A DNA stretch of 64,000 nt from assembly GCA_050506795.1 (NCBI GenBank), contig JBJHCF010000007.1:64001-128000 (forward strand), written 5' to 3'. The DNA is from Opitutia bacterium (GTDB lineage Bacteria > Verrucomicrobiota > Verrucomicrobiia > Opitutales > T3Sed10-336). Below are positions 47,708 through 57,579 of this stretch, piece after piece (the stretch's first letter is position 1; the number at the start of each line of letters is the position of its first letter). A program made the translations under genes and the position numbers. The notes beneath the pieces are model-generated. The model was given only the letters and a program-made list of their open reading frames with translations. It was not told where the DNA came from and did not search any database.

Positions 47708-47825
47708 AGAACTGATTTCACAGGTGACTGAGATTCGCCAACTTGCGAAACCGGTCCAGGCGCGCCTTGGAGCGGTTTGACACACCAAATCCCATACGCA
47801 GTGTCAAGATGACTCAAAGGACTCA

Positions 47826-47866
47826 GGTCGGACGGGTCGGTCGGATCGGTCCGATCCGACCGATCC
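47826..47866. repeat. ggtcggatc-type near-perfect palindrome
   Basis: gggtcggtcggatcgg-t-ccgatccgaccgatcc, 15/16 complementary. Confidence 0.7.
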
Positions 47867-47923
47867 CTCTTCCCCCCTGCGAGCTTGACGCCCGGCGTCG
47901 ATTGGGGATTGGATAACCCGCTT

Positions 47924-49435
47924 ATGGCAAGCCAGTCCGCATCCGCTTCGTCTCCCACCATGGAAACCATCGTGGCTCTGTGCCGCCGGCGAGGTTTCAT
48001 TTTCCAATCGTCGGAAATCTACGGAGGGGCGAACGGTTTTTTTGATTACGGACCGCTGGGCGCGGAGCTGCGGCGCAACATCAAAGAAGCCTGGTGGAAG
48101 GACTTCGTGCAGCGGCGCGACGACATCGTCGGCCTCGACTCCTCCATCATTCACCATCCAAAAACCTGGGAAGCTTCCGGCCACGTGGACAACTTCACCG
48201 ACCCCCTGGTCGACTGCAAGGCCTCCAAGCAGCGCTTTCGGGCGGACCAGTTGTTCTTCGCGCCGGTGGTGGTGAACGGGGAAATCATCGGCTACGTCTC
48301 CGGCCTGGAAAGCGACCGCACGGAAAGCGAGTTGCAGGCGGCGGCGGAGAAACTGAAACGCAAGAAGGCCGTGCAGGGAGAGCTGGAACCCCTGCGCTTA
48401 CGGGACTTTACCGAGGCGACTCCCGAGGAGATTCCACTGGTTCCTTCGCCCGCCACCGGCGAGCCCGGGAGCCTGACGCCCCCGCGATCGTTCAACATGA
48501 TGTTCGAGACCCACATCGGGGCGTTGCGGGACGGCTCCTCCGTGGCCTACCTGCGTCCGGAAACGGCCCAGGGCATCTTCATCAATTTCCGCAACGTGGT
48601 GGATTCCGGCCGGGTCAAAATTCCCTTCGGCATCGCCCAGATCGGCAAAGCCTTCCGCAACGAAATCAATCCGCGAAACTTCATCTTCCGGTCGCGGGAA
48701 TTCGAGCAGATGGAAATCGAGTATTTCATCGCTCCGGACGACAACTGGCAGGCACGCCACCGCGAGTGGATTGACGCCGGCGTCGAATGGCTCGAGTCCA
48801 TCGGCATCCCCCGGCAGGCCATCAGCGAATACGAGCACCCCAGGGAGAAACTTTCCCACTATTCCAAAGGGACGGTGGACCTCATGTTCGCGTTTCCCTT
48901 CGGCGTGCAGGAACTTTGGGGGTTCGCCGCCCGGGGAGACTACGATTTAACCCAGCATCAGAAATTCAGCGGCAAACCGATGGAGATCTTCGACGAGGCC
49001 TCGAAGAGCAAATTCATCCCTCACGTCATCGAACCCAGCGTCGGTGTCGACCGCATTCTCCTCGCCGCCCTTTGCTCCGCCTACGCCGAGGAGGAAGTTG
49101 AAGGCGAGAAACGAACCGTGCTGCGTCTCAGTCCCCGCATCGCCCCGGTGAAAATCGCGGTGTTCCCGTTGGTGAAGAACAAGCCTGAACTGGTGGCTGC
49201 CGCGGAAAACCTTTATCGTTCGTTGCAGAGAAAGTACGCCGCGTTCTGGGATACCTCCGGCGCCATCGGAAGGCGCTACCGGCGTATGGATGAAATTGGG
49301 ACGCCGTTCTGCGTGACCGTCGATTTCCAGACCCTGGAGGACGGAACCTTCACTCTGCGCGACCGGGACAGCATGGAGCAGAAACGCATTCGCAACGAGG
49401 AGCTTTTCCCGCTATTGGAGGACGCGGTGGATTGA
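47924..49435 (+). CDS. glyQS: Glycine--tRNA ligase (alpha2 dimeric type)
   Basis: [61 protein letters not shown]. Confidence 0.97.
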   Translation: MASQSASASSPTMETIVALCRRRGFIFQSSEIYGGANGFFDYGPLGAELRRNIKEAWWKDFVQRRDDIVGLDSSIIHHPKTWEASGHVDNFTDPLVDCKASKQRFRADQLFFAPVVVNGEIIGYVSGLESDRTESELQAAAEKLKRKKAVQGELEPLRLRDFTEATPEEIPLVPSPATGEPGSLTPPRSFNMMFETHIGALRDGSSVAYLRPETAQGIFINFRNVVDSGRVKIPFGIAQIGKAFRNEINPRNFIFRSREFEQMEIEYFIAPDDNWQARHREWIDAGVEWLESIGIPRQAISEYEHPREKLSHYSKGTVDLMFAFPFGVQELWGFAARGDYDLTQHQKFSGKPMEIFDEASKSKFIPHVIEPSVGVDRILLAALCSAYAEEEVEGEKRTVLRLSPRIAPVKIAVFPLVKNKPELVAAAENLYRSLQRKYAAFWDTSGAIGRRYRRMDEIGTPFCVTVDFQTLEDGTFTLRDRDSMEQKRIRNEELFPLLEDAVD

Positions 49436-49743
49436 ATTCCCGGAACCGGAATTCAGTCCTTCACCGGTCGGTGTGACAAATTCACATTATTTTTAACCCG
49501 CGCCTTCCGGCGCCGTTCGGGCCCTCCAAGGCTGGAAGGCGCTTAATCAAAGGGACGTGAGACACACGACCCCGCTGAACCGAACGTAATCGCGGCCCGC
49601 CGGGATCCCGCTTTCCACTTGACCGGAAAGCAAGTGTTCGTGAAGCTTTTGACCTGTATCGGGATCCCGAACACCCGTTGCTTCGAGCTGCGGGAGTCTT
49701 TGTCGGCCCACGATTCCGGGCAGAGATATTTCTACACTCTCAG

Positions 49744-50634
49744 ATGGCGCGTAAAATCAGCTTCCTCAATTATAAGGGCGGGGTGGGGAAAACCTCCCTG
49801 ATTGTCAATCTCGCCTCTTGTCTGGCAATGCAGGGCAAGCGGGTCCTTCTTTGCGATTTGGACACCCAATCCAACGCCAGCATTTGGCTCTTGCGCCTCG
49901 ATCGCTGGAACAAAATCAACAGTTCCGGAGAAGGGGCGGTTTATTCCATCTTCAATCCGGGCAACGCTACCCTGGCCGACTGCCTGGTTCGCGACGTGGC
50001 GGAGGACAAAAACGGCGACAAGCTCATTCCGGGGCTCGATCTGATTCCGACCACTTTCAACCTGGTGGATCTGGAAAGCGACCTGGAAAGCGGGAACCCT
50101 GAGCAACCCCCGTACTCGATTTTCCACGAGCAACTTCAAGCGCTGGAAGACCATTACGATTACATACTCTTCGACTGCCCGCCGAATATTCTGCGCGCAT
50201 CCCAATGCGGTGTCTACAGCAGCAACGAAATCTACGTGCCCGCAAACCCCGACGCCCTGAGCCTGGTCGGATTCACTCTTCTGGTGGAAAAGTTACAGAA
50301 ATTCCACCGCGCTTCCGCCAGCTTTCGCACCAGCGGCATGGGAGTCCCGGCCGAGATCCGCGGGATTATCTTCAATTCGATCAAGGGCAACGTGGATATC
50401 GAAGTCCCCAAAATCCGAATGCAACTTCGGTTGAACCAGTTCCGAGCCCAGAAGAAGGTATCCGCCCAGGCCAAGATTTTCAGCGCCCAGGTTCGCGACG
50501 CCAACATCGTCCGGCGCGCCGTCACCCTGGGCCTTCCGGTGGCGCTGGTCGGCGAACAACGCACCGACGCCGAAAGCGTCGTCACTGATTATCAGGAAGT
50601 CGCCCAGGAACTCATCCGGCACGAACCCAATTAA
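49744..50634 (+). CDS. ParA/Soj family ATPase (orphan)
   Basis: NYKGGVGKTS, DLDTQSNAS, FDCPP; no adjacent parB. Confidence 0.9.
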   Translation: MARKISFLNYKGGVGKTSLIVNLASCLAMQGKRVLLCDLDTQSNASIWLLRLDRWNKINSSGEGAVYSIFNPGNATLADCLVRDVAEDKNGDKLIPGLDLIPTTFNLVDLESDLESGNPEQPPYSIFHEQLQALEDHYDYILFDCPPNILRASQCGVYSSNEIYVPANPDALSLVGFTLLVEKLQKFHRASASFRTSGMGVPAEIRGIIFNSIKGNVDIEVPKIRMQLRLNQFRAQKKVSAQAKIFSAQVRDANIVRRAVTLGLPVALVGEQRTDAESVVTDYQEVAQELIRHEPN

Positions 50635-50655
50635 CCCGCCACGCCCAAACGTACC

Positions 50656-51663
50656 ATGTCTGAATTCGACGACGACAAGATCGAAAAACACCCGTCTCTT
50701 CACTGGGACAAGTTGCGCGCGAGCTTCCAGAGTTCGATGCTGGTCGACACTCGCCTTTCCAGCCTGGCGGAAAGTCTGGACACGGAAAACTGGCCGATCA
50801 AAGGCAAAGAGGAAACCCCCGCGAAGTACGTTGATCTTACCTTCGACGAACTGCGGGAAACTCCTGAAATGCAGGCCAACCCCGAGCGGATACGGCTATT
50901 GATGGACATTCTGGAGGGCACTCTGGCGTTCGACGATCCTTTCGGGGAAATGGTCCAGGCCGAGGAAGCCAACGCCTCCGGCGACAACGAAGTGCTGAAA
51001 AACCTCGGCCGCCTGCAAATCGCTCCCGAGTTTCCCCTGGCGCTGATTAATCTCTCCCCGGAATCAAAATCACTCTGCGCCAATCAGAAACTGAATACGC
51101 TGGAGGAATTCGCTGCGTTTTCGCAGAACATGGCGCAACACATTGTGCTGGCGGGTGATTTTCGCCGTCTGCTCAACGCGCTGATCCATGTCGACGAAAA
51201 AACGATCGCCGGTTACCTTCCCTTCCGGCCGGGAAACAAGGGCCTGCACTTGCCGGAAGCGATCGCCCTGCTGATCGATCCGCTTTCCACGGAAGAGCGC
51301 CTGGGCTTATACCGCCGTTACGGTGGCCAATTGGGAATCGAGGAACAGGGCCTGGCCGAAAAGGCCGGACGCCAACGCCTGAACGACGTCGAAGCCGACC
51401 TGCGCGAGCAATTGCAGCCGGTTTTTGCCTGGTTTACCCAGGAACGGGACGATCTGCGTTCCGCCCTGGATTACGGTCAGCCCATCGACCGGTTTTTCGT
51501 CCCGATCAACGACCCGGTGAAGGAAACCATCGCGGTCCGCCTGGTTTCCGACACCCTGAAACGCGCGCCCGCACGCGGCGGCCTTTCCTCCGTTGAAACC
51601 GCCACCTCCACCCCGCGTCCCGGGGGCCTCGGCGCCCTGTGGAGAAAATTGCGCGGCAAGTAG
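50656..51663 (+). CDS. Hypothetical protein, possible RNAP alpha-CTD-like (HhH) modules
   Basis: 335-aa ORF in operon with parA; FPLALINLSPESKSLCANQKLNTLEEF pattern. Confidence 0.65.
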   Translation: MSEFDDDKIEKHPSLHWDKLRASFQSSMLVDTRLSSLAESLDTENWPIKGKEETPAKYVDLTFDELRETPEMQANPERIRLLMDILEGTLAFDDPFGEMVQAEEANASGDNEVLKNLGRLQIAPEFPLALINLSPESKSLCANQKLNTLEEFAAFSQNMAQHIVLAGDFRRLLNALIHVDEKTIAGYLPFRPGNKGLHLPEAIALLIDPLSTEERLGLYRRYGGQLGIEEQGLAEKAGRQRLNDVEADLREQLQPVFAWFTQERDDLRSALDYGQPIDRFFVPINDPVKETIAVRLVSDTLKRAPARGGLSSVETATSTPRPGGLGALWRKLRGK

Positions 51664-51708
51664 CGACCGGATTATTCCCGGCCGTACACCTTTCATTCAC
51701 ACTGATTA

Positions 51709-52344
51709 TTGGCTGAAATCCTGATGGTGCCCATTGAGCAGAGACCGCTTCCACCGCTCCGACGAAGGCTCAGTCTGACCGGTTTGTCGGACTACTCGCG
51801 CGAACTCTCGACCGAATCACAAAGGTCGGTGGAACTGATTCGCTCGCTCACCCGTTCCCCCTGGGAAGAAGCACGGGCCCTGAGCAAACGCGAGCTCGAA
51901 GCCCTCGACGCCTCGTTGCGGGAACTGGAAGCGACCCTTAACGAACGCGAAGAAGCCTTGCGGGCCTCCGAATCCAAGCTGCAGGAAAAGGAACGTGACC
52001 TTTGGGAAACCGAAGCACTGCTGAAGGCCCGCGAAGCAATCCTCAAAACCACACAGCACAACACGGCGCAACCGCCTCCGGGCGAACCCTCGAGCGAAGC
52101 CAGAAAGGCGCTGGAGACCTGGAAACAGGAACTGGAAAAGCAGGAGCGTTCCCTGCATGAAGCCCGGTCCGCCCTCCGGGAACGCGAAGAATTTCTCGAC
52201 TCAAGCGAAAATACTCTCTTCGAGAAATTTCAGGAACAGCAGGAGCAGGAAACCATTATCGAACAGCGCCAGGAGGAACTCGATGCCCGGGAGAAGGCAA
52301 TCGAACGCCGCGAAAAGGAGCTCGAATCGAAACAAGGAGAATAA
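51709..52344 (+). CDS. Coiled-coil protein
   Basis: E/R/L/K-rich heptads over most of 211 aa. Confidence 0.7.
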   Translation: MAEILMVPIEQRPLPPLRRRLSLTGLSDYSRELSTESQRSVELIRSLTRSPWEEARALSKRELEALDASLRELEATLNEREEALRASESKLQEKERDLWETEALLKAREAILKTTQHNTAQPPPGEPSSEARKALETWKQELEKQERSLHEARSALREREEFLDSSENTLFEKFQEQQEQETIIEQRQEELDAREKAIERREKELESKQGE

Positions 52345-52390
52345 CCCCCTCCCCCACGCCCCTCTCACCTCGCCCCACGCACCACCCCCG

Positions 52391-53071
52391 TCACCTCTTA
52401 ACCTTCTCATACTCGGGCGGCTTGATGACCCAAGGGCCGGGGTTCGCCGCCGGGCGGGTCAGGGTTCCCTGGAAAAACCAGGGCGCGGCGGCGGAAAGAT
52501 CGTAATCGAGGGGCCGGGTTTCCACCGGCGCCGGCCGCAACGGACCGGCCTCCTCCGGGCGCCACAAAGGGATTTCACAAGCGGCGAGTTCCTCCTCGCT
52601 CAACCGGCGCGGGGCTTGAATTTCACCGCCGGAGGTGACCTCCACAAAATTCCAATGCCCGCGCCGGGCGTCGGAACAAAGGGCGAACGGCGGCGTCTCG
52701 CCTGCATCCAGAAGCCGATGAGCCAGCAGGTCGAGGTTGCGGTACACCCGGCAGGGCAAATCCTCCCCTCCCGGCCGGCGCCGCCAGGTACGCAGGGCCA
52801 TGGCCGCGATGCGTGATCCGAGGATCGAGCCCGGCCCCTCGCAGTAGAAAAACCCGCTCAGCGCGTCAAGCCGGACGCCCGAACGGCGCAAAGCGGTTTC
52901 GACCGCCGGAAACAAGGTCTCCGCCGCGGGTCCGTCACGGCGCTCCAAAGCCAGCCAGGCGTCGCGGCACAGGACTCCCGCGTACACCGACGGCAGGGCG
53001 GCGTCGAGCAGGAGCCACGCCGGTTCCCCGGCTCTCCATTTCGAATCGGTAACTTGTTCGATCTCGTCCAT
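52391..53071 (-). CDS. tsaB: tRNA threonylcarbamoyladenosine biosynthesis protein TsaB-like
   Basis: LLLDAA, AETLFPAV, YCEGPGSILGSRIA, DARRG. Confidence 0.75.
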   Translation of the reverse strand: MDEIEQVTDSKWRAGEPAWLLLDAALPSVYAGVLCRDAWLALERRDGPAAETLFPAVETALRRSGVRLDALSGFFYCEGPGSILGSRIAAMALRTWRRRPGGEDLPCRVYRNLDLLAHRLLDAGETPPFALCSDARRGHWNFVEVTSGGEIQAPRRLSEEELAACEIPLWRPEEAGPLRPAPVETRPLDYDLSAAAPWFFQGTLTRPAANPGPWVIKPPEYEKVKR

Positions 53072-53142
53072 TTATCTCAGATCTGAAATTGTCGATTTGG
53101 AACGTCCTTTCATCGGGCTTACAGCCGGCAGATGAAAAGGCC
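53071..53142 (-). repeat. Dispersed ~70-bp element, copy 3
   Basis: Minus strand ggccttttcat-ctgccggctgtaagcccg-atgaaaggacg-ttccaaatcgacaatttcagatctgagataaa. Confidence 0.8.
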
Positions 53143-53229
53143 GCGCCCTCCCGGAGCCTCCCGGGATTATGTCATTGACCGCCCCGCCTTCCCTCATTTG
53201 TGATGGACCGTTTAACCAAACACGGAACT

Positions 53230-54540
53230 GTGAATATTAAAACCGACGACATCAACGCGACAAGAAAAGCGCTCGTGGTCACCGTCAGCGCCGACGAAAT
53301 CGAAAAAGAGCACGACACCATTCTCGGTGATTTCGCCAAGGAAGCCCGCCTGCCGGGATTCCGTCCCGGACGCGCCCCCAAACCGATGGTCGCCAAACGC
53401 TTCGCCCGGGAAATCGGGGAGGAGTTGAAAAAGCGGGTCGTCTCCAACGCCTACCGCCAGGCGGTGAAAGAATCCGGAGTGGAAGTCTTTCAGCCGGTCG
53501 ACCTCAAAGGCGATGAAATCGAGCGCGGACGCGACAACGAACTCAATTTTGTGGTCGATATCAACCCGGAGTTCAATCTTCCGGAATACAAAGGCATTCC
53601 GCTGGCCAAGACCGAAACCGAGGTCAAGGACGATGAGGTGGAGCGCACTATCGACACCCTGCGCCAACAGCGGGCGGATTATACCGTGGTGGAACGCGAA
53701 GCGCAAAAGGGCGACTACGTCAAACTGTCCTACGAAGGCAAACTCGACGGCCGGCCCATCGCGGAGATCGTCGAAGATCGCCCCATTTTCGGAACCCAGA
53801 CCGGCACCTGGGAGGAAGTCGGTTCCGAAGACGCCGGCATTCCCGGTTTCGCCGACCAACTCGCGGGATTGAAAGCCGGAGACAAGAATGAGATCGAGGT
53901 CAGCTTTCCGGCCGATTTCGCACATGAGGCGCTGGCGGGGAAGGACGCGGTTTATTCGGTGGAAATGCTCGAAGTCCGGGAGAAGAAACTGCCCGAAATC
54001 GATGACGAGTTTCTCAAGGGACTGAACGTCGATAATCTCGATCAACTCAAAGAGCAGATCGTAAAGGAGCTGGAGAGCCGCAAGGAAATGGACGGCCGGG
54101 CCCGGCAACGGCAGCAACTGGGCGACACGCTGTTGGAGCGCATTGAATTCGCCGTTCCCGAAAGCGCGATCGAGATGGAAACCGACGGGCTTTTCCGGCA
54201 AATCATCGAACGCAACATACGCCAGGGAGTATCCGAAGAGGAACTGGAAAAACACAAGGAGCAGATTTTCGAAGAAGCCCGTAAATCGGCGGTAAAACGG
54301 ATCAAACTGCGGATGATTCTGATGAAAATCGCCGAAGCCGAAAACATCAAACTGGAAAACGAGGACGTTCAGCGCCACCTCATGCAGGAAGCCATGCAAC
54401 GGGGTACGCGACCCGACGATCTGGTGAAACAAATGCGCAAGGACGAGCACCTGGTCCAGGCCATGCGACAAAACATCCTTTTCGACAAGACACTTGATTT
54501 CCTCCTGGGGGAGGCTAACATTTCAGAGAGCGAAACATGA
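53230..54540 (+). CDS. tig: Trigger factor
   Basis: [10 protein letters not shown] signature, FKBP domain (IPGFADQL), upstream of clpP. Confidence 0.96.
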   Translation: MNIKTDDINATRKALVVTVSADEIEKEHDTILGDFAKEARLPGFRPGRAPKPMVAKRFAREIGEELKKRVVSNAYRQAVKESGVEVFQPVDLKGDEIERGRDNELNFVVDINPEFNLPEYKGIPLAKTETEVKDDEVERTIDTLRQQRADYTVVEREAQKGDYVKLSYEGKLDGRPIAEIVEDRPIFGTQTGTWEEVGSEDAGIPGFADQLAGLKAGDKNEIEVSFPADFAHEALAGKDAVYSVEMLEVREKKLPEIDDEFLKGLNVDNLDQLKEQIVKELESRKEMDGRARQRQQLGDTLLERIEFAVPESAIEMETDGLFRQIIERNIRQGVSEEELEKHKEQIFEEARKSAVKRIKLRMILMKIAEAENIKLENEDVQRHLMQEAMQRGTRPDDLVKQMRKDEHLVQAMRQNILFDKTLDFLLGEANISESET

Positions 54541-55181
54541 AGCAAAGAGAAGCAGATCCTGTCGGCAGCAGCTATTACGTTCCGGTAATTACCGAGAACA
54601 CCGCCCGCGGCGAACGGAGCATGGATATTTACAGCCGGCTCCTCAAAGACCGTATCGTTTTTATCAGTACGCCGATCGACGACGGTGTGGCCAATGTCGT
54701 CATCGCCCAGCTGCTCTTTCTGCAGATGGAGGACGCGAAAAAGGACATCAACCTCTACATCAACTCTCCCGGAGGCGTGGTCACCGGCGGGATGGCCATT
54801 TACGATACCATCAATTTCATGCACTGCGACGTGGTCACCTACTGCATCGGCCAGGCCGCCAGCATGGCCACCCTGCTCCTCGCCGCCGGCACCAAGGGCA
54901 AACGATTCGCGTTGCCCAACAGCCGGGTCATGATCCACCAGCCCTCCGGCTACGCCACCGGCCAAACGGCCGACATCGCCATCCAGGCCCGCGAGGTCAT
55001 CCGGTGGAAACGCACCTTGAACGAAGTGCTTTCGCGTCACACCGGCAAATCGGTGGAACAGATCGAAAAAGATTCCGACCGCGATTATTTCATGACTGCC
55101 GAGGAAGCAAAGGATTACGGGATCGTGGATAACGTTGTGGCGGACAAGAACGAGGCCCAGGAATTGAAAGCCGCCGTTTAA
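54537..55181 (+). CDS. clpP: ATP-dependent Clp protease proteolytic subunit
   Basis: [36 protein letters not shown]. Confidence 0.97.
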   Translation: MKQREADPVGSSYYVPVITENTARGERSMDIYSRLLKDRIVFISTPIDDGVANVVIAQLLFLQMEDAKKDINLYINSPGGVVTGGMAIYDTINFMHCDVVTYCIGQAASMATLLLAAGTKGKRFALPNSRVMIHQPSGYATGQTADIAIQAREVIRWKRTLNEVLSRHTGKSVEQIEKDSDRDYFMTAEEAKDYGIVDNVVADKNEAQELKAAV

Positions 55182-55194
55182 ACCCGCGCCGATT

Positions 55195-56487
55195 ATGGCT
55201 AAATCATCCAAACTGACGCTCTGCTCCTTTTGCGGCAAATCGCAGAATGAAGTGAAGAAACTGATCGCCGGACCGGCGGTTTACATCTGCGACTCCTGCG
55301 TCTCGGTGTGTAAAACCATAATCGATCGCGAAACCCAGCCACGCGCGGAAACCCAGAGCCAGACGCCTTTCAAGCTGCTGAAGCCCCTGGAAATAAAAGA
55401 GGTGCTGGATGATTTCATCATCGGGCAGGAACAGGCCAAAAAGGTGCTGTCGGTCGCGGTCTACAACCACTACAAACGCCTGGCCTTCGTCGACCGGTCG
55501 GGCTCGAAAAGCGGCTCCGCCCTTTCGGCGGAGTTCTCCGACGTGGAAGTGGAAAAAAGCAATATTCTTCTGATCGGCCCCACCGGCTCAGGGAAGACGC
55601 TGCTCGCCCGGACCCTGGCCAACACCCTCGATGTGCCCTTCGCCATCGCCGACGCCACCACCCTGACCGAATCCGGCTACGTCGGAGAGGATGTGGAAAA
55701 CATCGTCCTGCGCCTCCTCCAGGCGGCGAACTTCGATGTAAAAAAGGCGGAATCCGGCATCATCTATGTCGATGAAATCGACAAGATCGGCCGCAAAACC
55801 GACAACGTTTCCATCACTCGCGACGTCTCCGGAGAAGGGGTGCAACAGGCGCTGCTCAAAATCCTGGAAGGCACCACCTGCAACGTCCCGCCTCAGGGGG
55901 GCCGGAAACACCCGAACCAGGAATACATCCAGGTCGACACCTCCAACATTCTCTTTATCTGCGGCGGCGCCTTTGTGGGACTCGACGACATCATACGGCG
56001 CCGCGACGGCGCCCGAGTCCTCGGCTACGGTTCCAAACCCACCGGCGGTGACGGTCTCCATGGTGAATTGATCATGAAAAAGATCGCTCCCGAAGACCTG
56101 GTGCGGTTTGGCATGATCCCGGAGTTCATCGGACGCCTTCCGGTGATTTCCGTCCTGGACGAACTCTCTCTGGGCGATCTGGAAAAAATTCTCCGACAGA
56201 CGAAAAACTCGCTGGTCAAACAGTACGGCAAACTATTCGCCATGGACGGCGTTTCCCTGCGCATCACCCGCGACGCCATCCAGGCCATCGCCCAGAAGGC
56301 CAAAGAACTCAAAACCGGCGCCCGGGCTCTGCGCTCAATCATGGAAAAGCTCATGCTGGAAAGCATGTACGAACTCCCGCATCGGAACGATATCTCCGAG
56401 ATCATCATCGATCGTTCAGTGGTTGAGGGCAAACGAAAGCCCCGGCTCAAAAAAGGCTCCAAGTCCGGCAAGAAAAACGCCGCCTGA
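55195..56487 (+). CDS. clpX: ATP-dependent Clp protease ATP-binding subunit
   Basis: CSFCGK zinc finger, [32 protein letters not shown]. Confidence 0.97.
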   Translation: MAKSSKLTLCSFCGKSQNEVKKLIAGPAVYICDSCVSVCKTIIDRETQPRAETQSQTPFKLLKPLEIKEVLDDFIIGQEQAKKVLSVAVYNHYKRLAFVDRSGSKSGSALSAEFSDVEVEKSNILLIGPTGSGKTLLARTLANTLDVPFAIADATTLTESGYVGEDVENIVLRLLQAANFDVKKAESGIIYVDEIDKIGRKTDNVSITRDVSGEGVQQALLKILEGTTCNVPPQGGRKHPNQEYIQVDTSNILFICGGAFVGLDDIIRRRDGARVLGYGSKPTGGDGLHGELIMKKIAPEDLVRFGMIPEFIGRLPVISVLDELSLGDLEKILRQTKNSLVKQYGKLFAMDGVSLRITRDAIQAIAQKAKELKTGARALRSIMEKLMLESMYELPHRNDISEIIIDRSVVEGKRKPRLKKGSKSGKKNAA

Positions 56488-56500
56488 CCGGCTCAATACC

Positions 56501-56866
56501 GTGACCTACTGGGGCTACCACCTGATTTTTACCATTCCTCTCCTGGTGGCCCTTGCCTGCCTGGTCCTGCGCCGGTATCGACTGCGGCTCGGTCACGTGG
56601 CCAGTACTCTGGTCATGCTGACCATTGTCATGCTTTTCACCACTCCCTGGGACAACTACGCCGCTTATCTCGGCATCTGGGGATTCGGAGAAAACGTCTC
56701 ACTGGGGTACCCCTTTCGTCACCTGGCGGAAACCACCCCCTTTCTCGGACACATCCCGTTCGAGGAATACGCCTTCTTCATCCTGCAAAGCCTGCTGGCC
56801 ATTTTGATCACGATACTCTTCCTGCCCAATCCGCAAGCCAAAGGAACGCCAGTCCGAAACGATTAA
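56501..56866 (+). CDS. Lycopene cyclase domain membrane protein (CrtYc/Yd-type)
   Basis: FTTPWDNY...GIWGF...IPFEEYAFFILQ motif, 3 TMs. Confidence 0.8.
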   Translation: MTYWGYHLIFTIPLLVALACLVLRRYRLRLGHVASTLVMLTIVMLFTTPWDNYAAYLGIWGFGENVSLGYPFRHLAETTPFLGHIPFEEYAFFILQSLLAILITILFLPNPQAKGTPVRND

Positions 56867-57033
56867 CCCTCGCCGGTTCCCGCCTGCCGGGACGATCCGA
56901 TTTACGCACGCGAAATTCCGCCACCCCTGACGCTGCGCACGCTCCGGTCCTGAAGCCGCCCGCCATTTCGTTGTTAGCCCTGCTTTTTCGCTTGCCCTCG
57001 CCGCTCCGGAGTGAGTGACTGGACCTTGCGTTA

Positions 57034-57139
57034 GAAACCCGACCACAAATGGTCGCGTTTCCATGATACTCCGGCCGGGCCGGAGTTCAACGGTGGCACC
57101 GGCACGATCGCTGGAGCCACAGGACTCAGACGAGATCCT
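57034..57139 (+). promoter_or_regulatory. Structured 5' leader of rpsO
   Basis: Four consecutive hairpins ending 8 nt before the ATG. Confidence 0.5.
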
Positions 57140-57147
57140 CAAAAATC

Positions 57148-57426
57148 ATGAAATCGAAAACACTGATGGCAGAGAATAAGAACGAGATAATCAAGGAATA
57201 CCAGATCAACGAAAAAGACACCGGGTCCAGCGAAGTGCAAGTCGCCATCCTGACCTCCCGGATCGTCTCCCTGACCGAGCACCTGCGGACTCACCGCAAA
57301 GACTACCACTCCCGACGCGGTCTGATCGCCATGACCAGCCGGCGACGCAAGCTGCTCGACTACATGAAAAGAAAAGACCTGAATCGTTATAACGAACTGA
57401 TTCAGCGTCTGAAGATTCGCAGATAA
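57148..57426 (+). CDS. rpsO: 30S ribosomal protein S15 (start 57148 or 57166)
   Basis: [31 protein letters not shown]. Confidence 0.97.
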   Translation: MKSKTLMAENKNEIIKEYQINEKDTGSSEVQVAILTSRIVSLTEHLRTHRKDYHSRRGLIAMTSRRRKLLDYMKRKDLNRYNELIQRLKIRR

Positions 57427-57476
57427 CCCATGCGGGCTTCGTCGGCCCATCATGGATTGCGGTATGCAGCCCTTTC

Positions 57477-57516
57477 AAACCGGAAAGCCCGCTTAGTCCG
57501 GCCTTTCCGGTTTTTT
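57477..57516 (+). terminator. Terminator-like hairpin between rpsO and pnp
   Basis: aaaccggaaag...ctttccgg followed by T6. Confidence 0.65.
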
Positions 57517-57579
57517 CACTTCTTGAGCGGTTGAGGGCTGTGATGGATAAAATGATAAACACTGGAAGTAACTAGACCT

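Noticed and set aside
47620..47720. CIRCE operator for hsp20
   Set aside because: No TTAGCACTC-N9-GAGTGCTAA match
49472..49486. CRP or Rex box
   Set aside because: Spacer is 5 nt (CRP needs 6, Rex is longer), so it is not assigned to either factor
25525..53142. Repeats considered as a CRISPR array
   Set aside because: Dispersed and degenerate, no regular repeat-spacer pattern, no cas genes
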